This document shows, piece after piece, positions 28,673-45,858 of a stretch of DNA of 64,000 nucleotides. Made by a program: the position numbers and the translations under genes. The DNA lies in contig OX597816.1 in assembly GCA_951406725.2 (NCBI GenBank), forward strand, positions 2,728,001 through 2,792,000, written 5' to 3'. How positions within the stretch are numbered: position 1 is the stretch's first letter; each line of letters starts with the position of its first letter. This DNA comes from Octopus vulgaris (lineage: Eukaryota). Under the pieces are notes generated by a model. The model ran no database searches, was not told the DNA's origin, and saw only the letters and a program-made list of their open reading frames with translations.

Positions 28673-28816
28673 GTAATATACTATTTATTTATAAATTTAC
28701 AGTTTTTTTAAACTTATGTTCGGGGCCATGTTGGAACTGTTTGCCAAACTTGTTAGCATTCACTTTATTTCTTTTTTTCTTTCTACACACACATATGTAT
28801 ATATATATATATACAC

Positions 28817-28853
<37 letters not shown>

Positions 28854-29816
28854 TATATAGATAAACTATATATTTATATAAGCTATGTATGTAGATACGT
28901 TTGTCTGTCTGTACGTACACACACACACATACACACACACACATATATGTACACACACACACTGAGTATATATTATATATGTATACACATGCAGGTGTGC
29001 AAGTAGGTGTATGCCATAAATTAAATGTCTACATGTGTGTTTGTGCGTAGACATTGTATACATGTATGTAGCGTGTACAAATATCTTAACATGTATATAA
29101 AGATATACACATATATATAGACATATGTGCTCATATTGACACGCACACACGCACACACTATATATTCCTATATACATACACATACATACATACACACATA
29201 CACATATTGAAAGTTTGTCGGAGCCAGCTGCCCCAGTAGAAAGTGGATTTACCAAAAAAAAGTCTTAAACTTAAAACGAATACAAAAACACGAAACAACC
29301 GAACCAAATCTTTTATAAAAAAAAAGGGTCAACCATGCGAATCGCTTATATTTTCCATTCTTGTGACGCTACGCAAACATACTTTACTATTACATGCGGC
29401 CCAGCAGTGTTGGCCCTCTTCGCCACCGTTCGATATGCTAGTACTAACAGCTAAATATTCCTCAAATCAGAGCCTATTGACTAAACGGAAGGATACATTC
29501 AATAAATGTATTCCCAGGTAAACGATGTGTTTCACGAAAAAGACGGGATGGTCACAGCTGGCACGGATTATATAACAACAAAAATAACAACGATGGTTCC
29601 TAATTAAGAGAGAAAGAGAGCGATTTCGAGGGGAGGGGACTCGGCGATATTATCGACTCCAGAACTTCACAACAACAACAACAACAACAAATCTAATGTT
29701 AATGATGATGATTTCTTTTATTTGCCACCGGGGCCAAGGATGAAAGGGGACAGGACAAGGAGAGAAAAAGTATCGGGGTTATAAATATGAAATGATTACA
29801 TAGATTTGTAATAGGT

Positions 29817-31000
<1,184 letters not shown>

Positions 31001-31069
31001 ATAAAGAAAAAAAGGAAGATAGTGATTTGGTCCTCCTGTATGAAGGGGACCATATCACTTATTATCATT

Positions 31070-31960
<891 letters not shown>

Positions 31961-32026
31961 CTGCAAATCATAACGACAACAACAACAACAGTAATAGTAA
32001 TAATGATGATAATAATTATAATAATG

Positions 32027-32059
<33 letters not shown>

Positions 32060-32257
32060 GTTATAATAGTAATAATAATAATAATAATAATAATTATAGT
32101 AATTATGATGATAATAATAGTTATAATAGTAATAATTATAATAATAATAATAATAATAATATAATAGTAATAATAATATAACAGTAATGATAATACTAGT
32201 AATAATGATGATAATAATAATAGTAATAATGATAATAATAATAATATTATTTTTTAA

Positions 32258-32301
<44 letters not shown>

Positions 32302-32592
32302 GTAATAATGATAATTCTGATAGCGAAATTTGGTATGTAGATTTTAATGTGAAAGGAATGGTTTTTTTGAAGATGAATTCTTTTAAAGATTCCGAGTTAA
32401 TGAAAGGAGGAACTGGTCTCGTTGCGTTTGTGTAAAGGACGTCCTGGAATTATTGTTGTTACAATGTCACAGCCCCTCCGTCGGAATATTTAGTGCGCAG
32501 CAGCCGAGTTATTCCAACGAAGCATTGTTGGTAAAATGGGAGAAACGGAAGGAAGGAAGAATTGGGTGAAAAAAAGTCTGTGAGAATGGTTG

Positions 32593-32630
<38 letters not shown>

Positions 32631-32953
32631 CGCATGCGAATAATATCATAGAGCAGACGGTAGCAGAAAAAAAAACCCCTCCCATGTTCTTCTATACCGT
32701 CGTTAATGTGGCACAAATGAAGTTTGGCGGCGGTGGTGGTGGTGGTGGGGGGGGGGTAATGTTGTCCTCGTGGAGATAATGTTTTACTGTTTGGTTTTTG
32801 CTTCCCGTCCTGGTTTGAACTGGTGCACGTTGTGGGTCTGTTGCTGAGATGTTTGTCAGGAATGATGAAATGGAGCGAGTTTTGTTTTTGTCACACCATA
32901 TACAAACGTATATACAAACATCACACACAGATATGTATATATATATACACACG

Positions 32954-33008
<55 letters not shown>

Positions 33009-33195
33009 TTAACAATTAAGGATAAAATCTTTATAAGAAATCTTAACAAGAAATTATCAGGTAGTGAAAAACCTCATAAGAGAAAAAATCTGAAAATTTT
33101 TTCACTTGAAAATATTTATTTATATTATATAGAGGGCATTATTACACATAAATGCCACACGCTAGGAGGGACTTTCAAAGTCATTACTACCATGT

Positions 33196-33232
<37 letters not shown>

Positions 33233-33838
33233 GTATATGTATATGTAAAAAAACACAAACTGGGACAAGAACGCAAAACATTTAGAAGACGATACAAAAA
33301 AACGGACGGGACATTTGAAGCCTTCGATCTTAAGTCAAGATATATATATACACGTATGTATATATATATTTATATATATATATATATGTATGTATTTATG
33401 TGTGTATATGTATGTATATATGTATGTACACATACACTGTATTCACATGTGTAAACGTCTATTCTGTATTTATTCGTGTATAACGCGACGAATTGAAGGC
33501 CAGTAATTCCAGGCCCTAAACTTGGAGGCCCCATTAAACATCCAAAGTAAATGAATGTAAGACCAAGCATAAAATATTTCAAAGAATTATTTTTTTCGGT
33601 ACAGAATGTGAGCATTGCATCCTATTTGAGATCGTATGGTATTCGAAGATCTCCCCCTCTCTCTCTCTCTCTCTATCTGTCTGTGTGTGTATGTGTATAT
33701 ATGTATATATATATATTTTATATATATATATTTATATATATATATATGAAAATAGTAATGCAATACGAGAGTATTGCTTTCCAGTAAAGGGTAGCCCGTG
33801 AGGGTAAAATTATACATATAAAAGTAAATAAATGGCAC

Positions 33839-33924
<86 letters not shown>

Positions 33925-34239
33925 CACACTCAACACCACCACCACCACCACCACTTACATGAATAACAACAGGATCCAACGTGGGGCCCTCTACACGGAC
34001 ACTGGGCCTGCTAGAAATATCGACCAAATTCCCTCTCTTTATACATACGACAGACATTGTAGTCCTCGACATACATTGAGGCGGGTCGCTCATGAATGGA
34101 TTGTCTTTTGCCATACATGTGCAAAACACAATAACAAGAGAAGTCAAAGTGCGAAGTCCAATGACCCACAACAATTCACAATCAAAATATTTCTCTATTT
34201 TTGTCCTCAAAAATTAAACTGAAATAATAAATTTACACT

Positions 34240-35300
<1,061 letters not shown>

Positions 35301-35684
35301 GAGATCTCATTCATTAGTTTGATGGAGTGCCCGCTGCCGGCGGCCGTTGATCTAAGAGTCTAATAGGATATTGACCTGTCAGCTGTAACAGAGTAGAATC
35401 TAGACGCCACTTGTGTGGTCACTTCACACACATCGAACATGGTAGTAATGGCTCACTTCAACTAGCCGCAAATAGATACCACGGGGGAGCCGAGTCTTGG
35501 CGCAGGTTCTTCCTGTGGCGGTGGTGCGGAAGCAGTACGGTGAGTGATACGATTGAAGTGTAGTGGTGTTATCGTGAGTGGTATGAAAATGGTACGGGTT
35601 GGTGGTGGTGTTATTAAAGCTTGGTGGGGTTCTATTAATGATATTGCATTGGCCCATATGTGACATGGTGGTGGTATAATGGTA

Positions 35685-35912
35685 AGGCGGCGAGCTGGCA
35701 GAATCGTTAGCACGCCGGGCGAAATGCTTGACGGTATTTCATCTGCCGTTACGTTCTGAGTTCAAATTCCGCCGAGGTCGACTTTGCCTTTCATCCTTTC
35801 AGGGTCGATAAATTAAGCACCAGTTACGCACTGGGGTCGATGTAATCGACTTAATACCTATGTCTGTCCTTGTTTGTCCCCTCTGTGTTTAGCCCCTTGT
35901 GGGTAATGAAGA
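35685..35912 (+). mobile_element. SINE family A, full length
   Basis: GGCGGCGAGCTGGCAGAATCGTTAGC head, GAGTTCAAATTCC B box, core and tail. Confidence 0.9.
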
Positions 35913-36749
35913 TATGGGTATAATGGTGAGTGCCATAATTGGGACGGCAATGCGGTGTTATGGGTGTAATGGTTTATTGTTACGGTTTGGTGTTTTATAG
36001 TTGTGCTGCAGTGCTTTTATAGTAGCATTGTGGTGATGGTATGGTAGTATTATGTTGGTGCTGGTATGCTGGGAGTATGGTATTGGTATGGCTGCAGTAG
36101 TAGTAGTCGTAGTAGTAGCATGATGATAACGGTGGTGTGGTAAGGATAATTTGGTTGTATTTTAACAGTATGAAAGAGGTTTGTAGTGGTATGGTACGGT
36201 GATGTGGTAGTGGTACTAGTTTATAAAAGTGGTACTATATATGAGTATGTATATGCAGGTGCGGTGGTGGTGGTGCTGGTGGTGCTGGTGTTATAGATTG
36301 GGCCACAGTATAATTAAACAGTAAATTACAAGTCAAAATGCCTGATTAAGTTATTGCAATAATCATTTTAATTTTTTCGATTATTTCTGATTGTGTGTGT
36401 GTGTGCGTATATACGTGCGTATATATTTGTATGCATATGCGTGTTCATATATACATGTATTTCCACGCGTAAACCCAAGCACGTATATTTTAAAACATAT
36501 GTATATATATATACACACACGCAAGTACATACATACACACATACAGAAACACACAGGCACAAAGGCACAGACATGCTCACACATACACAAACACGTACAG
36601 ACGTATAAACATATAGACTCGCGCACGCACACATCTAGTCACAGCTTCAAAACGTATAAACATACAAGCAGAAAGACATGTTTACTGTCACACAAACACA
36701 CACACACACCAACACATGCAAGTGTTTTCGACGATGAATGTTTGAGTTT

Positions 36750-37096
36750 TATACCTGAACTCCTTGATCACTGAAGCGAACCCGCCATGAAGACTGATCT
36801 GTGACGAGTGTGGAGTGGCCACACCACACCAATCCAAACGCGATCCACAAGATCCCAGACCTGATTCTGGGAGGGAAAGAGCTACATGTTACAGTAGAGG
36901 GTGAGAGGCCTCGGGGGTTATCTATGTGAGGGGGCCGGCCAACTTGAATGCATTTTGCCCTCAACAGAAGACAAGGAATCACAGGACCTTCTTACGGCCG
37001 ACTCCAGTTCCCAAAATCCACAGCAACCAAACCAACAGCGATCAGCGACAAAAGCGACACCAATCCCGGCAACATCAGCAGCAAATGCTGGAAGAA

Positions 37097-37140
<44 letters not shown>

Positions 37141-40100
37141 CCACCACCACCACCACCACCACCACCATACCAGCATATACATATTTATATACATACACCA
37201 CTTTTACAAACTAGTACCACTACCACCATCGCATCACTGTCAGGGTACTACCATACCACTATAAACCTACTACCATACCACCAGCACCAGCACCACCACC
37301 TTCAATAGCAATTGCGGCAAATAGATTCCTCAATTCTTCCACAAGATTGGAAGAACTGAGGTATCTATTTGCCGCAATTGCAAAATGTGTGAAGAAACGG
37401 GAGAACACGTAATGTTGGAGTGCCCAGCTATCCATCCTTGGACCCGCGATCAGCTGACGGACCCCGAGGCGATTGCGAAGGAGCCCAGACTGGCACTCAA
37501 GGTGCGGGAGAGATGGCGGAGAAGCAGGTGGTGATTGAGGAGCAGCACTAACCAACTATCCAGCCGGTAGTTGTTAAACAACAACAACAACAACCTTCAA
37601 CAGCAGAAAGAATGATAACGGATACACACAACATTTAGCAGTTCTCCCACTGAAGCACTCCCTCTTCCCCTCTCTATTTGTCTCCTCCAAAGTCAAATAC
37701 AGCCATAGACTCTCACTCGGATTCCACGAATGCTGAAACATCTGCATCACCGAGTGAAAATGATGGAGAACCCCCCAAAAGCCAAAATGGCTGAAAACAA
37801 AACACAATAAACATCATGCCTCCCCCCCAACCCCCCAAAAAAACCAAACATAGATAACACACCTGCAACAAACACAGACACACCTCCAGCGAAACCAATC
37901 TCTCCAGCGCCACAATCGTCAACACATTCACCACTGTCACAACCAGCTCCGCCAACCCTACCACGACCGCAACATCGCTCTAAAAGGAAACACCCCCAAC
38001 AACAAAAAACCACCTAAACACAAAACTTCGTGCTTGTGAGGAGGGCCAACAAAGAATTGATGGTCCTCGTAGCCCGAAGGAAGGACATCGGAAAGAGAGG
38101 GTGAAATTTTCGGCACCAGCACCGTTCAAGTGCCAGAAACAGAGATGATGGTGAATATGCCGCTGGAAATATATAAAACATTGGGGAGAATTTCCCTCAC
38201 GACGTGGGAATCCCTAATATAAAAACCACAAGTAGACTTTTAAAGGTGTTTCCAAAGGAATCTCAGCAAGATATGGAGGTTAAACCACCTAACTTTCAGC
38301 AGTACCCGGTGGATAAGTAGCGGATTCAGAAGTATGTTGTATAAATGTTCGTCTGATCAAGCAAGGTCGTCTGATCAATGACCTCAGGTCACTAGCTACG
38401 AATGTGACGGCCGTCAGCGAGACCAACATTTCCGACACACAATCTAGCCCCTATTTTCTACGACTTTGAGATCTAAGAGCTTCTTGGTCGGTTTGAAATG
38501 GGAAGCGGGATGGCGCTGCTGTTTAGAAAAGGCCTGGATTGCGATGTACGGGCTATTTTCCTGGACTCGGATGGTTAAGTTGGTGGTTCTGGATGTAAGT
38601 AATGGGGAAGGTGGTGCTTTTAGACTAGTCACTGTGTACGATCCGACTAGGGCCGAGTAGCCAGATTTCTTCAGACATTTAGAGGTTTTTCTCGGGACGT
38701 TTCATTCTTTAGTACTAGTGGGTGATTTGAACGCCATATTGGACGCACATCTAGATAGGGTGGAACTAGACGATAGGAGAGGAGGTGTAAAAGTCCTACA
38801 AATCTTTCAGTCGGTTCCAGCTGGCTGACAGGTACCGACTGGATTTCTAAAATGCGCCAATGTGGACATGAGCAAACAGCATCGGGCCTTCCAGCTAGTT
38901 TCTGCATAGTCATTTGTAGGCTTGCAGATAGAAGCAGAAGTTGTTAACAATTCAAAGTCGTCGGCTGCACAGATCACAAATTTGCGATCTGTACGGTCGA
39001 CCTGGATAGGATTCATAGGCGGGGCCCGGATACTGGAAGCTAAACGCGTCTCTCCCGATGCATTAAGCTTTCAGAGACCGGGTTAGCAAGTTAGTCCATT
39101 GGATGTTTTCGGGTACAATCGTCAACAACTGATGGTGGATATCTCTGAAAAGGGCTATTGGAGTAGAAGCGTTAGGATGTTGTAAATGAATATCATTAGA
39201 GACCGAGTTGGGAAACTAGAAGTGGCACTCAGAAGAGGCACAGCGACTGATGTGCAGGCGGCGAGATTGACTCTTGATCAATTCTTCAATGTGAAGCACG
39301 AAGGTTGCGTTGGCAGAGCTAGTGCGCGTGTGCTAAGACATGAGGGAAGGAAGCCCGTTCGATGGGCTTGAGTGGCAGAGGTACAACGTGTCAACAAAGC
39401 CACAATTCGGTCTTTGACGGATCGGGCCGGGCGCACACTACTCGAATCAAAGCAGATGTTGTGCACGGAATTTCAGCGGTACTTTGCCGAACTGTACGGA
39501 GCGCACGGCGAATCGGAGAAGCGGGTGGATTTCACCTCCTACCTCGACGACGTGCCGCACCTTTCGGCCAGGGATACGAAGTCTGCAAAATGCCGATAGT
39601 AGCCGGAGATGTACGGGACGCAATGAATTGCTGCAGAAGGGAAAGTCTCCGGTCTGGATGGTTTGCCCTTCCAGCTTTATCTTCATATGTCAGACTTGGA
39701 TGATGTCTTCTGGCAGCAAAACGGGAGAATCCCTAGTGCTGTGAACCGTGGCGTGGTGGTGCTAATGAAAAAGGACTCGAACAAAGGGAACCTAAAAGAT
39801 AATTTTTGACCCGAAACTCTACTGAGCGCAGATTACAACATTTTGGCTAAGGTGCTAGCAAGGAGGTTGGCGCTTGCCGTCGATAAACTTGCCGGTGCGC
39901 AGACATGCGCTATCCCAAGGAGATCTATCCACGACAGCCTCCACTTCACGCGCTACATCATAGAGTTGGTAGGTAAGGAATCTGGCATGGGTGGAGCCCT
40001 GATCGATTTAGATTAACCAAAAGCTTTTAGTAGGGTCGACCACCAATACTTGGAGGCTATCCTCACGGCGGCTGGTTTCAGTCCTGCTTTTAGTAGCTGG

Positions 40101-41423
40101 GTCACTGCAATGTACAGCGACATCTGTTCGGTGATCAAAGTAAACGGCCACCTATCGGAATCGTTTCGTATCGCACGTTCGGTCCGTCAAGGATGTCCAT
40201 TTCGCTGCTTCTGTACATGTTGGATCTTGAGCTATTGCTACATTCGCTGGATGTTTTGAAGGGCGTCTTGTATGAATTGGGATGTGGAAGGGTCATGCCA
40301 GCTTATGCGAACGGCGTCACCGTGAAATTGTCGGATATCTCGGACATCGAGGTGATCGGTATTGCCCAAAGGGAGTACGAAACAGTGACAAGAAGTCAGT
40401 TGGCCTGCAGCTCGGCACCTGAAGAAGCAGGTCCATGTCGTCCGACAGTGTCGTAGGGCGCTGGACGGAAGGACCTGTTAGGTCCGGACCTCCAGATGGA
40501 CAAGAACTGAGGTGGGGTGACGAGCAGGGCAACTAGGTTCACCCAGACATGGGCAGAGAAGAAACTGTCCCCGAAGAAGGCTCGGGCGGAGGTAGCGGAT
40601 GCATCCTTCGCTTCTGTTATGTATTACCGCCTGACCGTCGTCCCTTGCCCTGCTTCGTGGCGGATCAAGCTGGAGTACTTGCTCTTCCACTTTCTGTGGA
40701 AGGGACTTGTTTCTCTCGTCAGACGGTCCATCTGCTTTCAGCAGCCGTTGAGTGGAGGACCGGGCATTCCGTGGTTAATGATGCATACTGTAACACGCGC
40801 TGAGGTTGCGACACCTGTAGCGTTTCCTTAACGGTAAGCAGGTGTAGTCGCCGTTTGTCAGACAGGATTTTCCGCAGCTCGTCTCCTTGACATAGATACA
40901 GTGTTGGATCAAGTCTAGACCCAGAAAGGGCGCTTAGTGCCGAGAGTGTCGGCAATCGCTCGCAGCTTTCTGCCAGTTGGGTAATGCGGTCGGCGGAAAT
41001 TCCACATTGGAGTTCTGTAAGGGATTAGTGACGATGTCTTCGGGGAAAATCTGGGCGTCGGGAGAGATCAATTAGCCAGTCTTTTCAGGAGTGCCATGAG
41101 AGGGATGGTGGTGGGGGACTTTTCCGGTTCGGGACAGGCTCTACAGGCAGGGACATGCTGCCAGATGGACCTATCCTAGATGTGTCCAGGACAACGAAAC
41201 CGTTTTGCATGCATTCGTCCAGTGACTGGGCATTGCTGACTATTGGAGCTTTGTCGAACAGCTGCTGACACGTGTAGGACGGATCTGGTTATCAGCCGAG
41301 TCCATCGTGAGGATTGCTCCGCTGCCTTCTTTTGACCGCGAAGAGCAGGAAGTTTTTCACTGTCAGGTGGCTATGACGAAAGAGGTAGTGTGGTGCATAA
41401 GGCTGAAAGGACTTTCAGCTAGC
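36750..41423 (+). mobile_element. Near full-length, heavily decayed Tx1/L1-clade LINE (ORF1 remnant, APE endonuclease, RT)
   Basis: ORF1 LHVTVEG..knuckle remnant; INV..AVSET, LVGDLNA, GYWKLNASL; LLSADYNILAKVLARRL, QTCAIP.RSIHD, KAFSRVDH, SVRQGCP, AYANGV (YADD); C-terminus homologous to 25237-26400. Confidence 0.92.
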
Positions 41424-41466
41424 ACCTTGCTCCGAAATTGCTGGCCTTGTGCCTATAATAGAAATG

Positions 41467-41498
<32 letters not shown>

Positions 41499-42354
41499 CA
41501 TTATGCAAAGTACCTTATATTACACACTTCAATAAATATTACCGTGGAAGCTTACCAACCGCAAACTTCTGGTAATGTCACCAGTGAGATTGTTTGACAT
41601 CATTCTTATAGGAAGAGTGAGATAATTTTCTCCTCCACTCAACAACATCAAACTCAAGACTTCAGAGTAAACTTTCCCGTTCATCTTTCAAGATATTCCC
41701 CACCACAACACCCAGGTGCGATGAAGCTGAATGTAATCTTTACAATGTAATCTTCCTTACATAGAACAAAGCAACGATCTTTCTAACGAGGCATACGGCC
41801 AATTGGAGTGATCTATACACGATTGAATATCGATACAAGGATTTTAATGTATTTATTCACCCATATACATTTCTAAACACGGACAAGTACTGCCTCGCGT
41901 GCACCCATTCACAGGTACACATCCACAAGCGCAGGTACAAATAAACGTTGGTATGGAGAGAAAAGCTGAAAATCCCAGAGACTCCTTCCTCCTAATTCAC
42001 ATCTATTTTCAATCCGTCAATCAATGAACGAATGAATCGATCAAACTATTTATGTACCTGTCAATACACACATAAATAAACTTAGACACACACACTGACC
42101 CCGTCTCTTTAAAAGTGTGTATCTATCTATTATTACTCTCTCTTTCTTCCTCCATTCCTCCCCCTCGCCTCTCCCCCTCCATCTCTTTATATTAATATAT
42201 GTATGTTTTATATGTGTATATGTATGATATTAATAAATCTGGATATATCCAACAACCATCATCACCAACAATGTGTGTGTACATTATACTATATCATATT
42301 ATACATACATACATATATATATATATATCTGTAACAATAAATATATATTTCTAT

Positions 42355-42402
<48 letters not shown>

Positions 42403-42506
42403 ACATAATAAGCATGTTTATATACACATACATATATACACCCATCGATACATACATATACACGCTTATATGTCTCCATGCTGAACACAAATTAAGCACT
42501 CTATCC

Positions 42507-42605
<99 letters not shown>

Positions 42606-42606
42606 C

Positions 42607-42651
<45 letters not shown>

Positions 42652-43009
42652 CTTATCTGTCTATCTCTCCCTCTCCCTTCCTTCTCTCCCTCCCTCCATT
42701 TATTTAGCCCACTAACTGCCTTTATATATATGTAGCTATATATAGACCTCAATCGATTTATTTGTAGTGTCTGTATAGTTAGGCATTCATCAATATTTGT
42801 GTATTCATTTTCTGTTGATTTTTCGCGGTGTTGTTTCGTTATTTATCATTTTAAGAGTCGGAAATGACAAGACGAAAATAGTGTTCCTTATTTTGGTTCC
42901 AAGCCAGAAAATTGGGCGATGCTAACTGCAATTTCAATAAAGCGCAGTCTGCTGTACTCGCCTCATCGAATGCACTGGTTGTATGCTGGCCTATTACCCT
43001 CCACTCTCA

Positions 43010-43395
43010 ATATCTCTGTCACTCTCTCTCTCTCTGTCACTGTCACTATCTCTCTGTCACTCTCTCTCTCTCTGTCACTCTCTCTCTCTCTCTGTCACTC
43101 TCTCTCTATCTCTGTCACTCTCTCTCTCTCTCTGTTACTCTCTCTCTGTCACTCTCTCTCTCTCTCTGTCACACACTCTCTCTCTGTCACTCTCTCTCTC
43201 TCTCTGTCACACTCTCTCTCTATCTCTGTCACTCTCTCTCTCCCTCTCTCTCTGTCACTCTCTCTCTCCCTGTCACACTCTCTCCCCTCTCTCTGTCAAT
43301 CACTCTCTCTCCCTCTCTCTGTCAATCTCTCTCTGTCTCTCTCTGTCTCTCTCTGTCACTCTCTATCTCCCCCCCCCCTCTCTCCCTCTCTCTCC
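43010..43395. repeat. (CT)nGTCA degenerate minisatellite
   Basis: Direct reading. Confidence 0.9.
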
Positions 43396-43600
43396 ATCAT
43401 ATAGGTTCCGTCATTAAACAGTCCACAGTATTTATTATGTATTAATGTCGGTTTTTGTTGTATCTAGGTGACTAAATGCCTTTAAATACACACCCACCCA
43501 CCCACACATTTTATATCACTTGGGTATAGTGATACTAATAACCGGTTGTTAGAACTCAATATTCATTCCTATTTACACACACACGCACACGTATATATAT

Positions 43601-43698
43601 GGCGGATGTAAAGAAAACGCACACCACCCATTTTCGGTGTAACCCTAACCCTAAACCCCAGCCCTAACCACCGGGTGTGCATATTCTTTACCTTCGCC
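43601..43698. mobile_element. ~100 bp MITE with 25 bp TIRs around telomere-like repeats
   Basis: GGCGGATGTAAAGAAAACGCACACC vs GGTGTGCATATTCTTTACCTTCGCC (21/25 complementary), internal TAACCCTAACCCTAA, (TA)n flanks. Confidence 0.7.
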
Positions 43699-43844
43699 CA
43701 TATATACACACACACACACACATGTACATATAGACATACGCATATATCTATCCACGTAATACTCGTGTCACACGCACCTGCATACAGACATAGGCAGAGA
43801 CACACAACGTGCACACACACACACGCTCACGAATAGAGATGCAT

Positions 43845-44309
43845 GGCTTCTGTGCCGGTGGCACATAAAAAGCACCATCCGAACGTGGCCGATGCCAGCG
43901 CCGCCTCGACTGGCTTCCGTGCCGGTGGCACATAAAAAGCACCATTCGAACGTGGCCGATGCCAGCGCCGCCTTGGATGGCTTCCGTGCCGGTGGCACAT
44001 AAAAAGCACCATCCGAACGTGGCCGATGCCAGCGCCGCCTTGGCTGGCTTCCGTGCCGGTGGCACATAAAAAGCACCAACTGATCGTGGCCGATGCCAGA
44101 CTCCTCTGGCATCTGTGCAGGTGGCACGTAAAAAGCATCCACTACACTCTCGGAGTGGCTGGCGTTAGGAAGGGCATCCAGCTGTAGAAACACTGCCAGA
44201 TCAGACTGGAGCCTGGTGCAGCCTCCTGGCTTCCCAGACCCCGGTCGAACCGTCCAACCCGTGCTAGCATGGAAAGCGGACGCTAAACGATGATGATGAT
44301 GATGATGAT
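43845..44309 (+). mobile_element. SINE-like element with 67 bp internal tandem array and RTE-type tail
   Basis: Units start 43845, 43912, 43979, 44046; then GGCGTTAGGAAGGGCATCCAGCTGTAGAAAC and (GAT)n tail. Confidence 0.8.
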
Positions 44310-44717
44310 ATGCCTACAAAGAGACGACGTGCGCTTCCCTATCTCTCCCTATCTCTCCCCATCTCTCTCCATCTCTTCCGCGGTGTTCCTAATGTAAGTG
44401 TAAAGTGAATCCACTTCGTAAGTCCCCCCCCCCACACGTGTAAGATTCCATCCAACTTGTCTTATCTTGACCGACGGTACCCATCAACGAAGATGGGAAG
44501 TTAATTTCATTGGGAACCTCTTTCGATTCTTCTCATTTGCTATCAACGTCAGCTTCCGTCACTAAAGGTCATCTAGGAAAAGCTTCGTTGAAATATCCAA
44601 TGAAAATTTTATAACCGTTTAACTACATACAGTTCTATAGTTAAGAGACGAGCAATTATGGACATTATTTACATTATTTATATTCGACAGATATTTGCCC
44701 TCATCTTGTTTGTTGTT

Positions 44718-44763
44718 AACACAACATTTCGGCTGATATATCCTCCAGCCTTCATCAGGTGTC
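44718..44763 (-). ncRNA. Minimal type I hammerhead motif (left arm)
   Basis: GACAC-CTGATGA-A-GGCTG(loop)CAGCC-GAAATGTT-GTGTT; C>T in stem III. Confidence 0.7.
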
Positions 44764-45006
44764 TTGGGGAAATTTTGAACCTGGGGTTTCATTCCTAAGG
44801 CATTTTCGATGTTATCATCATCATCATTATTATTCAGGTCACTGCCTGGAATCGAACTCGGAATCTTAGTGTTAGTAGGCCACTTAACTACACCATATGC
44901 TGTGGGCCACTTAACTCTTAACCACTACGCCATACGGGCATATGGTGTAGGGGTTAAGAGCGCAGGCTACTAACCTCAAGATTTTGAGTTCGATTCCAGG
45001 CAGTGA

Positions 45007-45092
<86 letters not shown>

Positions 45093-45200
45093 TTAATAAT
45101 AATATTAATAATAATATAATAATAATATTAATAATATTAATAATGATAATAATAATATTAATAATATAATAATAATATTAATAATAATAATAATAATAAT

Positions 45201-45746
45201 AAGTACCAGGCAGAGGCTCTCATGGCTTCTGATCTTAACTGATTGGAAGTGTTATCATGTACATTGTTTTGTCTTGGTATAAAAGATCGGCTACAGCAAA
45301 TATTCTGCTCAATACCACAGATTTGCTTGTCAGTTGTTTGACCGTAACCTGTTGAGCATGTCCCTTAGTGGCTGACGATATGTGCATCTCTGATCACGAA
45401 CAGAAGTAGTGGGGGAGCATCATAGCCGTATGTTGAGAGGGATTCTTTGGGGTTTGAATAATTCACCTCTGGAAACATGGGTGTTTCGTTCAACATCCTT
45501 AAACAACCCTTACTCAGGGACCTTTTGAGCAGGATGGGTTACTCGACCAGAAGAAAATTCTAACTGGGCCCCACCTGCAAGGTCATGTGCTGTTTATCTT
45601 GATATGAGATCATCATGTCGCGCACATATGGTTGTGATGCATGTGCCTGGTGTACCCTTATCAGACGGGTAGTCATGATGGGTATACTGGGCTTCGTATA
45701 TTTTACCCCAATGTTACTTTGATGGCATGCACTGCTCTCTCACTCA
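45201..45746. mobile_element. Non-coding element inserted in the (TAA)n of the palindrome's right arm
   Basis: (TAA)n on both sides, absent from the left arm, second copy at 24510-24758. Confidence 0.8.
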
Positions 45747-45812
45747 ATAATAATAATAATAATAATAACATACCTTAGGAATGAGAACCCATGTTCGAAA
45801 TTTCCCCAAGAA

Positions 45813-45858
45813 GACACCTAATGAAGGCTGGAGGTTATATCAGCCGAAACGTTGTGTT
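45813..45858 (+). ncRNA. Minimal type I hammerhead motif (right arm)
   Basis: GACAC-CTAATGA-A-GGCTG(loop)CAGCC-GAAACGTT-GTGTT; G>A in CUGAUGA. Confidence 0.7.

Noticed and set aside
43845-44110. CRISPR-like regular repeats
   Set aside because: Units are contiguous and near-identical with no unique spacers; eukaryotic SINE context, no cas genes.
45470-45520. Hammerhead on the minus strand (CTGAGTA...GAAACA..TGTT)
   Set aside because: Core is not CUGANGA in either copy and stem I does not pair.
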